Below, piece after piece: positions 1 to 13,975 of a stretch of DNA of 64,000 bases (within the stretch, counting starts at the first letter, position 1; each line of letters begins with the position of its first letter). This DNA comes from the human T2T-CHM13v2.0 reference genome, Homo sapiens. The DNA is taken from NCBI RefSeq assembly GCF_009914755.1, contig NC_060925.1. One strand, written 5' to 3'. The position numbers and the translations under genes were made by a program. The notes under the pieces are model-generated. The model was not told where the DNA came from and did no database searches. It saw only the letters and a program-made list of their open reading frames with translations.

Positions 1-1075
<1,075 letters not shown>

Positions 1076-1690
1076 GTACCAGGCCAAAATTTAAGTTAAT
1101 TCTAGATCCAACAGAGAGCATTTGCTGAATCTGGTGAATCTAAGCTTGGCAAAATAGGGATTGGTTTTCAGGGATGTCAAGGCCATTGCGAATTTTAAAA
1201 ATCATAGAAAAGTGAGACCAAAATTCTGTGCAATTTTCCTTCAATTCACTTGCAAAATTCTAAGCTGCTCATATACATGGTGAAATGCTAATAAAACAAG
1301 TAGAAAGTGGTACCTATGAGGTTAAAATGCTAAGTGGAGCTTTCAACAGTCTCAAAGTGCTGCAGAAAGACAGTTTGGAGTTCAAGGCCTACCAAGTTGG
1401 AAAATTGTGGTAAATACCCAATACTGTTTGAGATGCCAAGGGACTGTGCACTTGAGATGAAGGGCTATGCCCTTGGAGTAAGGGCAAGCCAAACATATAC
1501 CTGAATTGATATATTTGAAATTCAACCTCGACTGGATAAACATGATCTTCTCAAATGCTGTCTGCCTGGTAAAAAAAAATTAAATCCTCTCTAGAGGAAA
1601 ATAATATACATAAAAGCCTCCACATTTTCCAAGCACAATATCCTGCATCAACTAAATTTACAGACATGTCAAGAAATAGTAACAAATGAG

Positions 1691-1723
<33 letters not shown>

Positions 1724-1736
1724 AAGAGAGAGAGAG
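1691..1736. repeat. Compound (CA)n(GA)n microsatellite
   Basis: Directly visible. Confidence 0.95.
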
Positions 1737-1779
1737 GAAGGAACCTGACCATCTGACCCACAGGCCAATCAAATATTTA

Positions 1780-2830
1780 AGGTATTGACAGGGGCTTTAA
1801 AACAATTATAATGAATGTTTTTGGCAAAATAGAGGGAAGACAGAAAAATTTACTAGACAACTAGAATATAAAGAATTAAATGAAAATTACAGAATTAAAA
1901 ATATAATAACTGAAATTAAGAATTTAACAGATGGGTTTAAATAACATATTAGATCCTGAAGAAGAAAGGAATAGTGAAATGACATACATATGCTGGCATA
2001 CTATGCAGTAATGAAAATAAATGAATTACATGCAAAATATTCATGATTGTCAGAAACAAAATATGGAGCACCAGAAACCAGACAAGCCAGACACAAAAGA
2101 AAACCTATTATATGATTCTATTTATAAAAAGCGATAGTGCTATCAAGATGAATCTATAGTGTTTGAAGACAGTATAAAAGATGTACTGATTTGAAAGGAG
2201 GAAAAATTAGGGCTTCTGAGGTGTGGCTCAAATAGTGGTTACATGTCTGTGTTCACTTTTGTAGTTCATTGACAGTTATATTTATAATTTGTACATTTTC
2301 TACCCACATATTCACTAAAATACTTATTAAATAAGTAAAATCATCTTTACTGAGATAAATACTAATAAAAATACAACATTTAAAAACATGTAGGATGTAG
2401 CTAAGAGTATTCAAAGAGAAATTCATAGCCTTAAATTGCATATATGAGAATAGAAGAAAGGGTAAAATAAATGATCTAAGCTCATCTCATGAAGCTAAAC
2501 AAAACAACCCAAAGTAAGTAGAAGGAAGAACACAGTAAATATAGGCAAACTCAATGAAACAGAAAGTTAACAAAATGGAAAAAACTCAACAATACCAAAA
2601 GATTTTCTTTAAAAGGGTTAATGAAACTAATAAAACCCTAGAAGGCAGTTTAATAAAAAGGGTGAAATATATGAAGTATCAATATTAATTTTTTAAAAAG
2701 GACATCATTTTTGATCCTAAAAATATAAAAAGATTACATTTTTTAAACTTTGCCCAAAAATTTTCAAAATTTAAATAAAATCATCAAATTACTCAAAAAC
2801 ACAATTTATTGAAATAAATTAGAAAATATT
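1780..2830 (+). mobile_element. Ancient L1M fragments (ORF1-like, 3'-end-like and ORF2-like pieces)
   Basis: A-rich decayed L1 motifs, e.g. AATTCATAGCCTTAAATTGCATATATGAGAA; boundaries approximate. Confidence 0.6.
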
Positions 2831-2834
2831 TGTA

Positions 2835-3270
2835 TATGTTAGGCTTTTGCTGAGACTATGGCATGTAATAAACAATTCTAAAATTTAAGTGACCTATAAC
2901 AACCTCTCTTATAAGTCTGCAGATTGACTATAGATCCACTGATGTCTGAGATCAGCTAGGGTTGGCTCCAGACTTCTGGGTTGGGTTTAGTCTGCCACGT
3001 ATTTCCTCAATCTGAAACTAGCAGCGATCTGAGGACAAGTTCTTCTCATTTTAGATGACAGGAGACCAAACAAAATCACTGAAACATATTTAAAGCTTGT
3101 GCCTGAGTCACACAGTCTAATATTCTATTGGCTAGAGTAAGTCACATGTCTAAGCCCAGCATCAATGAGTCAGAGAAATATACTCTGCTTACTCTAGAGA
3201 AAGGCATGGCAAAATGGCATGGTTTATAATTGTATTAAGAAGGGGAAAGGATTTGGAAAAAAAATATATC
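2835..3270 (-). mobile_element. Old MaLR LTR (MLT1-type)
   Basis: TTCTATTGGCTAGAGTAAGTCACATG and the terminal pattern resemble antisense MLT1; subfamily uncertain. Confidence 0.5.
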
Positions 3271-3279
3271 AAAGTACTA

Positions 3280-3851
3280 TAGCTGCCCCTTGAACATGGG
3301 TTTGGACTGCTGAGGTCTACTTATTTGTGAATGTTTTCAGCAAATAAAGTTGGCCCTCAACATGGACAGTTTTTCATCCACAACCAAATGCAGATCACAT
3401 ACATAGTACTCTGGCCTGGCATAGATGCCTGTAATTCCAGCACTTTGAGAGGCCAAGATAGGGGAATTACTTGGGGCCAGGATTTCAAGATCAGCCTAGG
3501 CAACACAGTGAGACCTCGTTTTTACAAAAAATATAAATTAATTAATTAAAATTAGCCAAGCATAGTAGCACATGCCTGCAGTCCCAGCTGCTTTGGTGGT
3601 TGAGGTAGGAGGATAACTTGAGCCCAGGAGTTTGAGGCTGCAGTGCAGGAATACCACCACTGCACTCCAGAATGGGCAACAGAGCGAGGAAAAAAATAGT
3701 ATTACAGGACATGAAACCCGCTGATAGGATTGGGAGGGTTAACTTTTATCTGCAGGTTCTGCAGAGCTAACAGCAGATTTGCGGATGTGCAGATTTTTGG
3801 TATCCAAGGAGGTCCTGGAAGAAATCCTCTGCAGATTCCAAGGGATGACTG
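3280..3851 (-). mobile_element. Tigger2-family MITE (MER8/MER2B-like), interrupted by AluJ
   Basis: Ends TAGCTGCCCCTTGAAC and AGGGATGACTG flanked by TA; reverse complement of the copy at 18004. Confidence 0.8.
3413..3696 (+). mobile_element. AluJ
   Basis: Dimeric Alu with J-type TTGAGCCCAGGAGTTTGAGGCTGCAGTG; degenerate TSD ATAGTAYT. Confidence 0.9.
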
Positions 3852-3853
3852 TA

Positions 3854-4411
3854 TATTTATCAAAATAATAAATTAATAATTTAAACCTTCTCTCAAGGTA
3901 TTTTAGACCCAGGTAGCTTCATTGATAAATTCACCCATTCATTTTCAGAAGACTCTCTTATATAAAGTGTTTCTGAGAATAGAAAACAAGGGAACACTCT
4001 CCGAATCATTTTATTAGGCCAGCATAACCTTGATACCAAAACCTGATGAGGACATTACAAGAAAAAAGGATAATAGTCCAATGTTTTTCATGAGCATAGA
4101 CTAAAAAATCCTACATCAACTATTATCACAGAAAATGAAATAGACTGTGGTATAACAATATTATACATCAGTGAGAAATAAGCTATTGCTAAACACAATA
4201 ATATGGATAACAGATTGTTGAATAAAAGAAGCCATATACAAGAGTATATCTGGTATTATTTCATTTATAGAAAGTTTTAGAACAAGAAAACTAATCTGAG
4301 TTGATAGAATATCTTGCAATCTTAGAGAGTATTAATTGGAAGAAGAAACCAGGGAGTCTTCTGCATAACCAGCAATATTCTATATTTTGATCAGGGTCAT
4401 GGTAACGCTAG
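3854..4411 (+). mobile_element. L1M ORF2 and 3'-end fragments (continue after 6148)
   Basis: GGCCAGCATAACCTTGATACCAAAACCTGA is an ORF2 motif; the 3'-end-like sequence resumes at 6149-6235. Confidence 0.7.
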
Positions 4412-6148
4412 TGATGGCAGTGGTGGCCTGTCTGGAGTGGCTGCTGCCATCATGCCAGGTGCAGCAGGGAGGCATGGCTGGGGCTGCACATTCCACAGAG
4501 CCAGAGGGAGCCAGGGACAAGTGGCAGCCCCACTCCTTCTGAGTTGTTGAAGCAGGAGCTTCCCAGGTGCAGCTGCAGATGCCCAAGCCATCGATATGGA
4601 ACTGGGTCTCACACTCTACAGAGCAGGTAGGAGCCCTACCCCCACCTTGGGCACAGCTGCAGCTGCTCAAACCGTGTTTGCAGACTCCCTGCACTCTTGA
4701 GGGCCCAGGAAGGCCCCCTGCCCTCTTAGGCTTGAAAATGCCTACTCCCACTGCCTGGCTTCTCCCTGCTGTCAGCACCCACTCCGATCTCAGAGTAAAG
4801 CCAGGGCTGAGCCTGGGTGCTGTTGCAGTGCAGCCAGGTGTGCACACACTTGAGGCAGTGCTGACACACCAGCCCCCTGCCACCTCAGCCCACTCCAGTC
4901 TTTGGGCACCAACAAGCATAGGAAGGAAGCCATGGCAGGGCTGAGGGCAGCTCATCACTGGTTTGCAGGCACTCCTTGGCACCTAAAGCCTGGATGTCAT
5001 GAACAGCAGCAGGAGGCAGACAGGTTCCTGGGCAGAAGGGGCCAGGTCCCCAGTTAGACCCCACCTTCAAGCCAAGGAGGGCTTAAAGGTTGATGGCCAT
5101 GCTGCCAGTCCTGCTGACTAGAGGGGGAACTTACGGTCCCTTTTCTGGACCCACCCATGGCCACCCATGGGCCAATCAGAGTGCATCTTCTCCCCTCTGA
5201 GGCCCATAAAAGCCCTGGACTCAGCCAGAACTGAGCAGACATGGGGATGACTAGCTGCAGAGAGGAGTTACCCACTACAGGACCTCGTCTCTGCTGAGAG
5301 CTAAACAATCCATGTGATGACCAGCTGCAAAGAGGAGCTACCCTCTCCAGGGCCTCCTCTCTACTGAAAGCTGCAGACATCAGGATTACCTGCTGCAGAG
5401 AGGAGCTACCCACTCCAGGGCCTCCTCTCTGCTGAGAGCTGAACACTCAACATGATGACTTGTTGGCAGAGAGGAGCTACCCACTCCAAGGTCCCCTCTG
5501 AGCTATTCTGTTACTCAATAAAGCTCCTGTTCACCTTGCTTACCCTCCACTTGTCTGTGTACCTCATTTTTCCTGGACACAAGATAAGAACTCGGAACCT
5601 GTTGAATGGTGGGGCTGAAAGAGCTATAACACAAACAGGACTGAAACACATCCCTTGCTTGCCATGTTGTGGGCAAAGAAAAGGAGAAAAGAGCTGCGGC
5701 CCTTTGGGAAGCCCAGACCTGGGAGCTCCCTGAGCCACGGCTGTGACTCCCTCTTTGGGGCCCTGCAGTTCCTGGAGTCTCCAAGCCTCCATCACATTTC
5801 CTGGTGCCAGCCATGGAAGTTGCTTGTGTTGTGCCTGGTCCAGCCACAGCCACACAGAAAGCCATCTGTGCTGGCACTTGGAGCTGCCTGCCTCACTGCA
5901 GCAGCTGGCATGTCTGAGTGTGTGCAGTGGTCGGACTCCATGCTCACTCACTCACACACTCCTTGCCACTCCACGCCTGGCTTGCCCTTGGCAGGCATAG
6001 GATCCAAGCCAGTAGCATGAGCCGAGTGTAGCCTGCCAGACTGAGTAGGCAGAATGAGCCCAGCAGGCCTGAGCAAAACTCAGGCAAAGGTGCCACTGGT
6101 CACAGAGGTTTCTGGCCAGAAAAACAACAACCCAAGGATCCTATAACA
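4412..6148 (+). mobile_element. ERV1 solo LTR, MER52-type (about 1.74 kb)
   Basis: TG...CA termini (TGATGGCAG...CCTATAACA), 4-bp TSD CTAG/CTAT, GC-rich, AATAAA at 5517, internal ~60-bp repeats. Confidence 0.85.
5245..5505 (+). repeat. About four copies of a ~60-65-bp unit (CTGCAGAGAGGAGCTACCCACTCCAGGGCC...) within the MER52 LTR
   Basis: Unit recurs near 5255, 5325, 5393 and 5464. Confidence 0.85.
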
Positions 6149-7399
6149 CTATTTATTTGTAAAAATTCATTGAGTTATTATATACGTAAAATTTGAGCAT
6201 TTTACTGTATATATGGTAGTCTCCAATAAAAAAAGTTTCCAAAAAATTTCCCACTAATATTTATGACTCCCTGAGGAGATTCTGAATATGCAGTTGTTAA
6301 TGTCTCTTTGAGCACTAAGTGTCTGTAATTCTATTGACAACTTTTACTGGCTGATTAGAAATTTTATAATATCTCCTTAACAACAGTAGATCAACACTAA
6401 AAACAGCACTAAAGGCTCAAGATAATATACAATGTATGTAGAAATAGTTGTCAACAGCTTAAGGGAGAAAAATATTTGAAAGACCATAAATTATTTTGAA
6501 TGGTAGGCAGTTTCATTGAAAATTTCTGTAGTGAGAGGTAAGTCAGTGCTTTAATTAGGACAATAGGGTATTTTATACCAGGGCCAACAAAAAAAATTAA
6601 AGCTGAAATATTACAAAGCCCTATTAGTAGACGCAGATATGATTTTTCAGCTCTGGAGCAGAACTAAATCTAAATGTCAACTGAATGTTTTACCCTCTAT
6701 GGTTTTAAAGGAATAGAAATGCCAACAGCAGAGTTCCTGAAGTTTAGAGACACACAATTTATGAAGTACTAGAGAAAGCACAGGATTGAGAGTAGGAAAA
6801 TCTGTGTGCTATGTCACTTAGTTGCATGTTTTTGGAAAAGTCATTTAAAGGGTCTGAGTTTTTGTTCCTTCACATATAAAATTGATATTAATGGTATGTA
6901 ACTCCCAATGTTATAGGGAGACTACATTTCCTGCAGATGATTTTTGAAATGCTTATCTTTAGTTTGGTTTTTGGAAACTTCAGAAATCCACATGGATCCC
7001 TCTGGGCAAATGAAACTACATGCTAGAAGTTGTATTCTAAGAATATGCTTGTGGAACACATCATGGGGAATAAACTGAGGTCATTCTCTTTCCAAAATAG
7101 AACAATTCTTCCTAATGAAAAACTTTCCTCTAAGTTTTTGTTTAAAGTAGAGTGAGGGACTGCTACAGGATCAGACCAATTCAACATCAGCTAAGTCTTC
7201 CCAAACTGATTCTCTCTGCCAACTGTGGCATGCCTATGAGACCACCCCAATTTTGAGTTTAATTGTGCTTTCCCACATCTAAAAATGGTTTTGAATCCTA
7301 TGTCACTAAGTCAATCTCTCCAACCTCATGTAGCCCAGCTTTTCCAGACTAAGCTCTCTATTTCTGCCAGATCTGGCTCTTCAACAGCCCCAACATAGC

Positions 7400-7755
7400 T
7401 CTAGAATGCTTTTCCTCCTCTGCCAGCCTGGTTCACTCCTACGCATGTTCTGAGACTCAGCTGAGGTGTCATTTCCTCCGAGGAGCTTTATTTAATCCTC
7501 AAACTCACATAGGTACCTCCTCTTTTCTCCCTCTGCAACCTGTGCATTCTATCACAGCAATCATCATGCTTTATTGTAAAATACTTGTTTACTTGTCTGC
7601 ATCCCTCATCCTCCAAAATGGAACATTCTTAAGGATAAGACTTTATTTTTCTTTGTACCCTGGCATTCAGTAGGCTCCAGTTGTAATGATTGCTAAATAA
7701 ATGAATAAATGTATGAATGCGTAAGTGAATCCATGAATAAATAAATTAATTGAAT
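7400..7755 (+). mobile_element. L2 3' end
   Basis: CTCAGCTGAGGTGTCATTTCCTCC motif and terminal (AATG)-like repeats. Confidence 0.7.
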
Positions 7756-8834
7756 GTAGAACTATTATTCATTCCAGCATCCATGTCTTTGTTCTCATCA
7801 CTTAAGTCTCCCTGGATTTCTCCCTTCCACCTACCCAAATCCTATTCATTCAGTTTCTGTTAGAGTTCTACCTTGTACATACTACAGTGTAAGCATTGAG
7901 GATATAACAAAAAATGCTATGTACCCCCACTCTCCAGGACCTCACAGTAGGTTATGGAAGAGGTAGATGTAAATAGTTGTTTACAATGCAGTGTTACCAG
8001 AACATGGCAGAGTGACAAAGTGGAGCCTCTGGGATCATAGAGGAAAGGACCAATGCCAGCCTGGTAGATCAGGGATGTTTTCCTAAAGAAGGCTCTCTCT
8101 GACTTAAGACTTTGAGGAAAAGTAAGATTTCCAGGTAAAGTTTGGGGATTTGGGATAATATAAAACATTTCAGACAGAAAAACTGTGAATATAGGTAGAG
8201 ATGTGAAACAACATAGTGTAGTGGAGGAACCTAGAGTCAAACTAGGAAGTCAGAAGTAAGACTAAACAACCTGTCTAGGATCAGAATCTATTCAGTGAAA
8301 AAGATGGCACTAGAGCCCAGACTTCCTAATTTCAAGTGCAGTATTGCTTCTATTACCCCAGAAAACACTACCATTAGATTACATTTAAGGAGCTTCTGTG
8401 ACTCTCCAATGGAAAATGCCCAAGTGTAGCACTTTGTCTCTTTAGTGGGTAGGCCTCACTCCCCAGGACTCTATTTATATCAAATCTCAGGAGATTTTAG
8501 CAGTTCACCTAACTGTTCAAAGACTCTAACACAGCAAGACATCTATAGTTTACTGCAATTCTAACTCTGAAGTGTTCAAGCCTCCATAGCAACTTGGAGT
8601 CATAGTAGTGACTCTAAAGCAAACTAAAGAAAGCCCAAACATCACCCACTGATGACTTTCTGTGACAACGTATCTTTGTCTAGAGAATGGCAACTACAAG
8701 TTGCTGAAATGTACCAGAGTAATTGCGTATTATTGAGATAAATGGTTTGTCAACTAAGACCCTTAAAAATGTTTCAATTATCCCAATTTTGTTAAAGTAT
8801 CTTTAATAAAAAAATGCCACTTACTGCAATACAT

Positions 8835-9050
8835 GATAGCTAATGCCTACTGTTAGGCATTCTGGGTTTATCAGCATTATTCCTAACAACAATGCTGCAA
8901 TGTGAACATCAATATCTCTATTATACAGTTGAGAAAATAGAGGTTCAGAGAAATCAAGTTACATTCCTGAGGTCACAAAGCTTGTAGAGGTGGAACTAGG
9001 ATTCAACCTTGAGTATGTCTGACTTGAAAGCCAGTGATAGTTCTGATAAC
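8835..9050 (-). mobile_element. MIR
   Basis: Core ACAGTTGAGAAAATAGAGGTTCAGAGA...GAGGTCACAAAGC. Confidence 0.75.
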
Positions 9051-10656
9051 TCAAATTGTGCAGTTGAGCTCATCCTCCTTGTCCCTCTACCCCAAACTCT
9101 CAAATTTAATGACTATTGGACTATGGTTAAGGTATCATAGAAAAAGTTCCAAATAAAAGAGTCAGGAGACCCTAGTTAATTAACCATTACTTTCTCTGTG
9201 ACTTCATTCCCATTGTTAGGAGTATGTCTAAATGATTTTTAAGGTCTCTAATAGTTCTGACAGTCTGTGACTCTGAGATTTTAAAATATTTTTATGTAAC
9301 AACTTCCCCATGGAAAGGTCATAGCCCTGAAAAGGTCATAGCCCTGTGAGTTGCCTGTAGTGGGAAGATAGGAGGATAAAACTCTCAGAGAAATTGAATT
9401 GAGTTCTTTGGGTTTATCAACATGAAAAATAGGTACCTAGCTGCCAGAATGTAAAGGAATAAGTCCTTGGGAGATAAACTTAGTTAAGGCAGAGCCTCTT
9501 CTGTGTCAACACTGTCAGCAGCAACCTCAGTCAATGTCATAAATGCAGTGAAGATTCTAGAAAAATATGTTGTTGCTTTTGCAGAAGATAATAGGACCTT
9601 TTAACCAAGTGGCACAATAGACTCCACATTTGATCTGAACCTAAAGTCAAAAAAGACCCAATATCTTACTGTAAGTATCTTGGCTGGTCAGCATTTTTAA
9701 TGGTTCCTTCTCTGCCTATGCTCAAGGCCAAAAGCATTCCAAAAAATCCAAGGCAGCTCATTCCTTCAGCTTAATTTCTCCAAAATACAACTTTCATCTT
9801 CTGGCTTTTCTCATTTTTGTCAATCCCTAGTTTCTATTCCATTGTCTCACATCTGGCCAAGAGAATCTTGCTTCATTCACTTATTTTTAAAACATTTATT
9901 GAGTCCATACTATGTGCCAGATACAAGCTCTCTGAAGTTAGTAATAGCTGTGCTGAGATCTGAAGGATGAGTAGGATTTATTCAAAAACAGATTGAGAGC
10001 AGGAAGCTAGGAGTGGTGAGAGGCCAGGAGGGAGGAGAAAGTTACAGACAGATAGAAAAGTCTGTGTAAAAAACACAGGTTAAAGAAAGAGTGCTCAAGA
10101 AATTAAGAGCAGTTCAATACAGCTAGAATGTAGAATACGCCAGGGAAATTGCAAGGGATGAAGCTGGAGAGGTAAGCTGTGGAACAGAGAATACTGATTC
10201 TGCCACTTACTAGCTATGTGACCAATCTCAGTTTCTTATCTAGAAGATGAAGACAATGACTCTTGCTTCCTGTAGCACTTGGTTTCTCGCATTTAGTAGG
10301 TGCTTAAACATTCACTGAATTTGATTCTTGGAATGGAAAGGAAGGACAGAAACTGAAAAAGCATAAAACAGTGGCATCGGACAGTTTTTCCTTATGTGAC
10401 AAGAAAAAGTAGACTTTTTTTGAGTGGTCTAGAGTTTCCTAATCTGGCATCCAATTAGATGACAGGCCCAGGTTCAGTCCAAGTACCTAAGCCTATTATG
10501 ATTTCCTAAAATTCAAGGCACAGAATCACCCTAGCAGCTTCCTCACTCCTCATGCTGTGAGTTCTGCACAGAGCCCTAAGAAAGTTGTCAGCCATGAGAT
10601 TCCTTTCACCTCCAATGCAAACACACATGGCACAGGCATATGATTCCCATCTGGAT

Positions 10657-10673
10657 CCGCCCCCAACTTCCGG
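10657..10673. promoter_or_regulatory. Adjacent GC-box (CCGCCCCC) and ETS (ACTTCCGG) motifs in non-repeat sequence
   Basis: Motif match only; two retained CpGs in a CpG-poor region. Confidence 0.35.
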
Positions 10674-11699
10674 CCAGGAGGCTGCTGTGTAGGCAGGAAC
10701 GTCTGCCTTTGAATTTGCTAGCCTAACCTGGCATCCTGAGCCAGCCTCTCCAAGCAGTAACACACAGACCTGGCAAAACTCACACTTCTGTAAATTCCTT
10801 TCAGGGTCCTGTCCATCTCTACTACTTCCTTGCCCTGTCAGAAGAAGTCGACCCAGGCCAGGGACAACTTTGCTCATACCAAACAAGTGGGTTTTTATTT
10901 CTGTAGAGAATGGCAGCCTTTTCTTTAATCCAAGGAACAGATGCTGGCCCAGGAGGAGAATGGGCTGAAAGTCCCACCTATCACCCTAAGGCCATTAGGG
11001 CCAAGAATTGTTATTCAAAGCAACAGATCTCCCCTCTCCCCCCAGGTTCCCTGATGGTTTCAGTGCCCAGCTACTGCAGAGTTATTACCGTCATCATCTC
11101 TGCTGGATTCTACGCCCCAGTCAAATTGGCAACATTCCTTCTATTTGCAAACAGATTGCAAAATAAGAACCCCAGGAAGGATACAAGCTGGCCAGGCTCC
11201 AAGGACTTTCAGCAGCAATCATGCTAAATCAGGGCTGCATCTTACTCCCTGAACAACAGCAGGTGCTGGCACTGCCTCCCAGTGGCCCTGGATCATTGAG
11301 GGGTGCCTGGCCTCTCCTTCCTCCCTCCCTCCCTCCCTCCTCCTTCTTGAAAATAAGCTGTCTGGGAAAAAGGAGAGGGCAAAACTTGATGGGAAATTAT
11401 AAGCAAGAATACATCATTGGAATTCTAAACTGTTCACAAATTTTCTGACATGGGAATTTTATCTCCATGAAGACTGGGTTGGCATATAGCAGCAAGAGAA
11501 ACTTTCTTTGAATCATTTTCCTCCAAGGTTCTAAACCTTCTATCTCTTCTCTGCCTTAGTCTGACATTCATGATCCTCTGCAATCTAGCCACTCGTATGT
11601 GTGTCCTGACTTCTCTACTGAACTGATCCTTCTTCTTTTGCCCACACCCTTCCCTCAGTTACTTGCTTTATCATCAAAGACAAACAATGGATACAACAA

Positions 11700-12085
11700 C
11701 AGTAACAATGACCATTGCCGTTTACTAAGTCCTTATTGTGTAACACGCCATAATAAGTGCTTTACATACATTTTCTAGTTTAATCCTAAAAAAAAATCCA
11801 AAAGTAGGCTGTATCAATATTCCCATATCACAGTTGAAAAAAAAGGCTAGAATTGTAAGTAACTTGGCATAGGTTATAAAGCTAGTATATGAGATGTCTG
11901 GATTGAAATATCATTTGTTACTTGAAACAATTTTTCTGAAATGGATCTTACTTTCCCCCCTGTACAGATGAGGAAAGATGTCTATAGGTTTAATAACATG
12001 CCTAAGGTAACACAGCTTGTGGTAGAATGGAACTCAAAATAAGATCTGATTACGTAGCCTTTACTCTTAAACATTACTACTGTAG
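11700..12085 (-). mobile_element. Two MIR fragments
   Basis: AAGTGCTTTACATACATT...TTTAATCCT and ACAGATGAGGAAA cores. Confidence 0.7.
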
Positions 12086-12274
12086 ATGGGTATTAAATTA
12101 GCTACCTCTCTTCTTTAGGGAAGAGAAATAAATATCTGTCTCATCTAACTCAATGGCTCAAATAAGATAGTGTCAATGAAAACATGTTGTAAATAGTATG
12201 GCAATATGTGAAATTAGTTACAATTGATATTACTTTAGTTCACATAGTAAAAACATTTTGTTCATTTTTAGTAG

Positions 12275-12770
12275 ACAACTTGCTTTTTCTTCCTTTCCAA
12301 ACTGTATACCTTGTATTTCCTTTTCTGGTCCTGTCACAATAGCTAGGACTTCCCATACTTACAATGTTACATGGGAGTTTTCAGGGGAGACATCTTTCCT
12401 TGTTCCTGATCTTGAGGAATAAACATTCCATTTCTCACCATTAAGTACCAATGTAAGCTAGAGGTTTTCTGTAGATGTTCTCCATCAAGTTGAGGAACTT
12501 TCTTTCTATTCCTAGTTTTCTGAGTTTTTTTTTCTTTTAAATCATGAATGGGTGTTGAATTCTGTCAATTTTTTTTCCATAGCCTGTCTATGTGGTACTC
12601 TCATTAATTTTTTAATGTTGAGCCAGTTTTGCATACCTGGAATAAATCCCAATGTATAATTCTTTTCACACATCATTGTACTTGATTTGCTAATATTTTG
12701 TTGATGTTAATTTGTTAATAGTTTGTTTCTATATTATTGAAAGATATTGGCATGCAACTTTCCTTCCTGT
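12275..12770 (-). mobile_element. L1M ORF2 (RT region) fragment
   Basis: ATCAAGTTGAGGAACTTTCTTTCTATTCCTAGTTT and ATCATGAATGGGTGTTGAATT motifs. Confidence 0.8.
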
Positions 12771-13229
12771 CTTTACCTTCTTTTGCTGACAATTTGCTTT
12801 TTATCATGTAATGAAGGCAAATGTTATTCTACCAACCATCCTTTGGCAATTTTGTTCTTCCCCAGAAATAAAATTTCGGAGTAACATTTTTGATCTAGTC
12901 CATAATTGCAGATGTAGTAAAAGTACAAGAGCAGAGACTTTGTAGTCACACAGACCTGGGTGTGCATCCCAGTTCTGTCATTACTCTGTGACCTGTGTTA
13001 GTTATTAAATCTCAGCAGACCTCTGTTCATTAATTGGTAAAATGGGAAATGATAATTTCTTTCTGCAATGTTATATCAAGGATATAAAACAAAACAAAAA
13101 CAGCCTAGATATGTGGCATTAAAACCCAATGAGATAAGGGTAACTTTGTGTCATTATTTTAAAAATCCAATTTAGTAACAAAACCAAAGGGGTGTTTTTC
13201 TGCTTTTATAGCGGTTCCCTGAACAGGAG

Positions 13230-13785
13230 ACCCACAGGTCTCCATTAACAGCCTCAGTATGCTTATACAGGGGCAAAGATGATTTCTCAAGAACACAAAT
13301 CTCACCATGTCTCACCCCTTCTGAACCCCCTTGAATGGCTTCCTATTGTCTTTAAGACAAATTCCGATCTCTTTAACATGGCAGTTTGTGCCCTAGATGA
13401 TCTTTCCTGCATACCTCTCCAGATTAATCTCTTCCATGCCTGTGCTCTAATTTGGCCATGGAAAAAATAGCTAGTTCGTTGTGCTATTCTGCATAAAATG
13501 CCTTCTTTGAACTCTGTGCCTGGCTAATTATATTGTAATCCTCATAACTTCACTTTGGTATGACCCTCCTGTAGGAAGCCTTTCCTGATCGTAAGCCATG
13601 GTTAGAAATTCTTCCTTTGTGCTTCCACTGCCTATACTTGCCTCTCTCATAGTTTGAATGACTGTGATTTAACTGTCTGGTTATAATCCATTTCTCTCAC
13701 TGGATTAAGAGCTCCTTGAGGACAAGGAGCATGTCTTGTTTGTGGCATATAATATGTGCTAACATAATGTTTGAAAACTTAATAA
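13230..13785 (+). mobile_element. L2
   Basis: AAATCTCACCATGTCTCACCCC...GAGCTCCTTGAGGACAAGGA typical L2 3' region. Confidence 0.7.
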
Positions 13786-13975
13786 GAAAGGTCCATAAAT
13801 GACCTTTGATTGGTATGCATTGTGAAGCAGGCATTCACTGATCAGTATCTCTCAATTTACAGCATCATTTCAGCTAGGAGCTATCAAATGATTCTGGGCT
13901 GTGGGACAATTAGACCCTCTACTGATTCCTCTCCAGAGGAAAAAAGGCAGTTAGTTCTTCAATGCAAGGTGAACC

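Noticed and set aside
5245-5505. Regularly spaced repeats resembling a CRISPR-like array
   Set aside because: Units are contiguous degenerate tandem copies with no unique spacers, inside a human LTR.
4380-6020. Cluster of overlapping ORFs up to 200 aa
   Set aside because: They lie essentially within the GC-rich MER52 LTR, on both strands, with no recognisable domain; chance frames.
6534-6543. Consensus donor GAG|GTAAGT (similar site near 51456; acceptor-like site on the minus strand near 30326)
   Set aside because: Isolated splice-like motifs with no supportable partner site or reading frame.
10506-11448. ORFs of 126, 105 and 75 aa in the unique island
   Set aside because: No recognisable protein similarity; two of the three use non-ATG starts.
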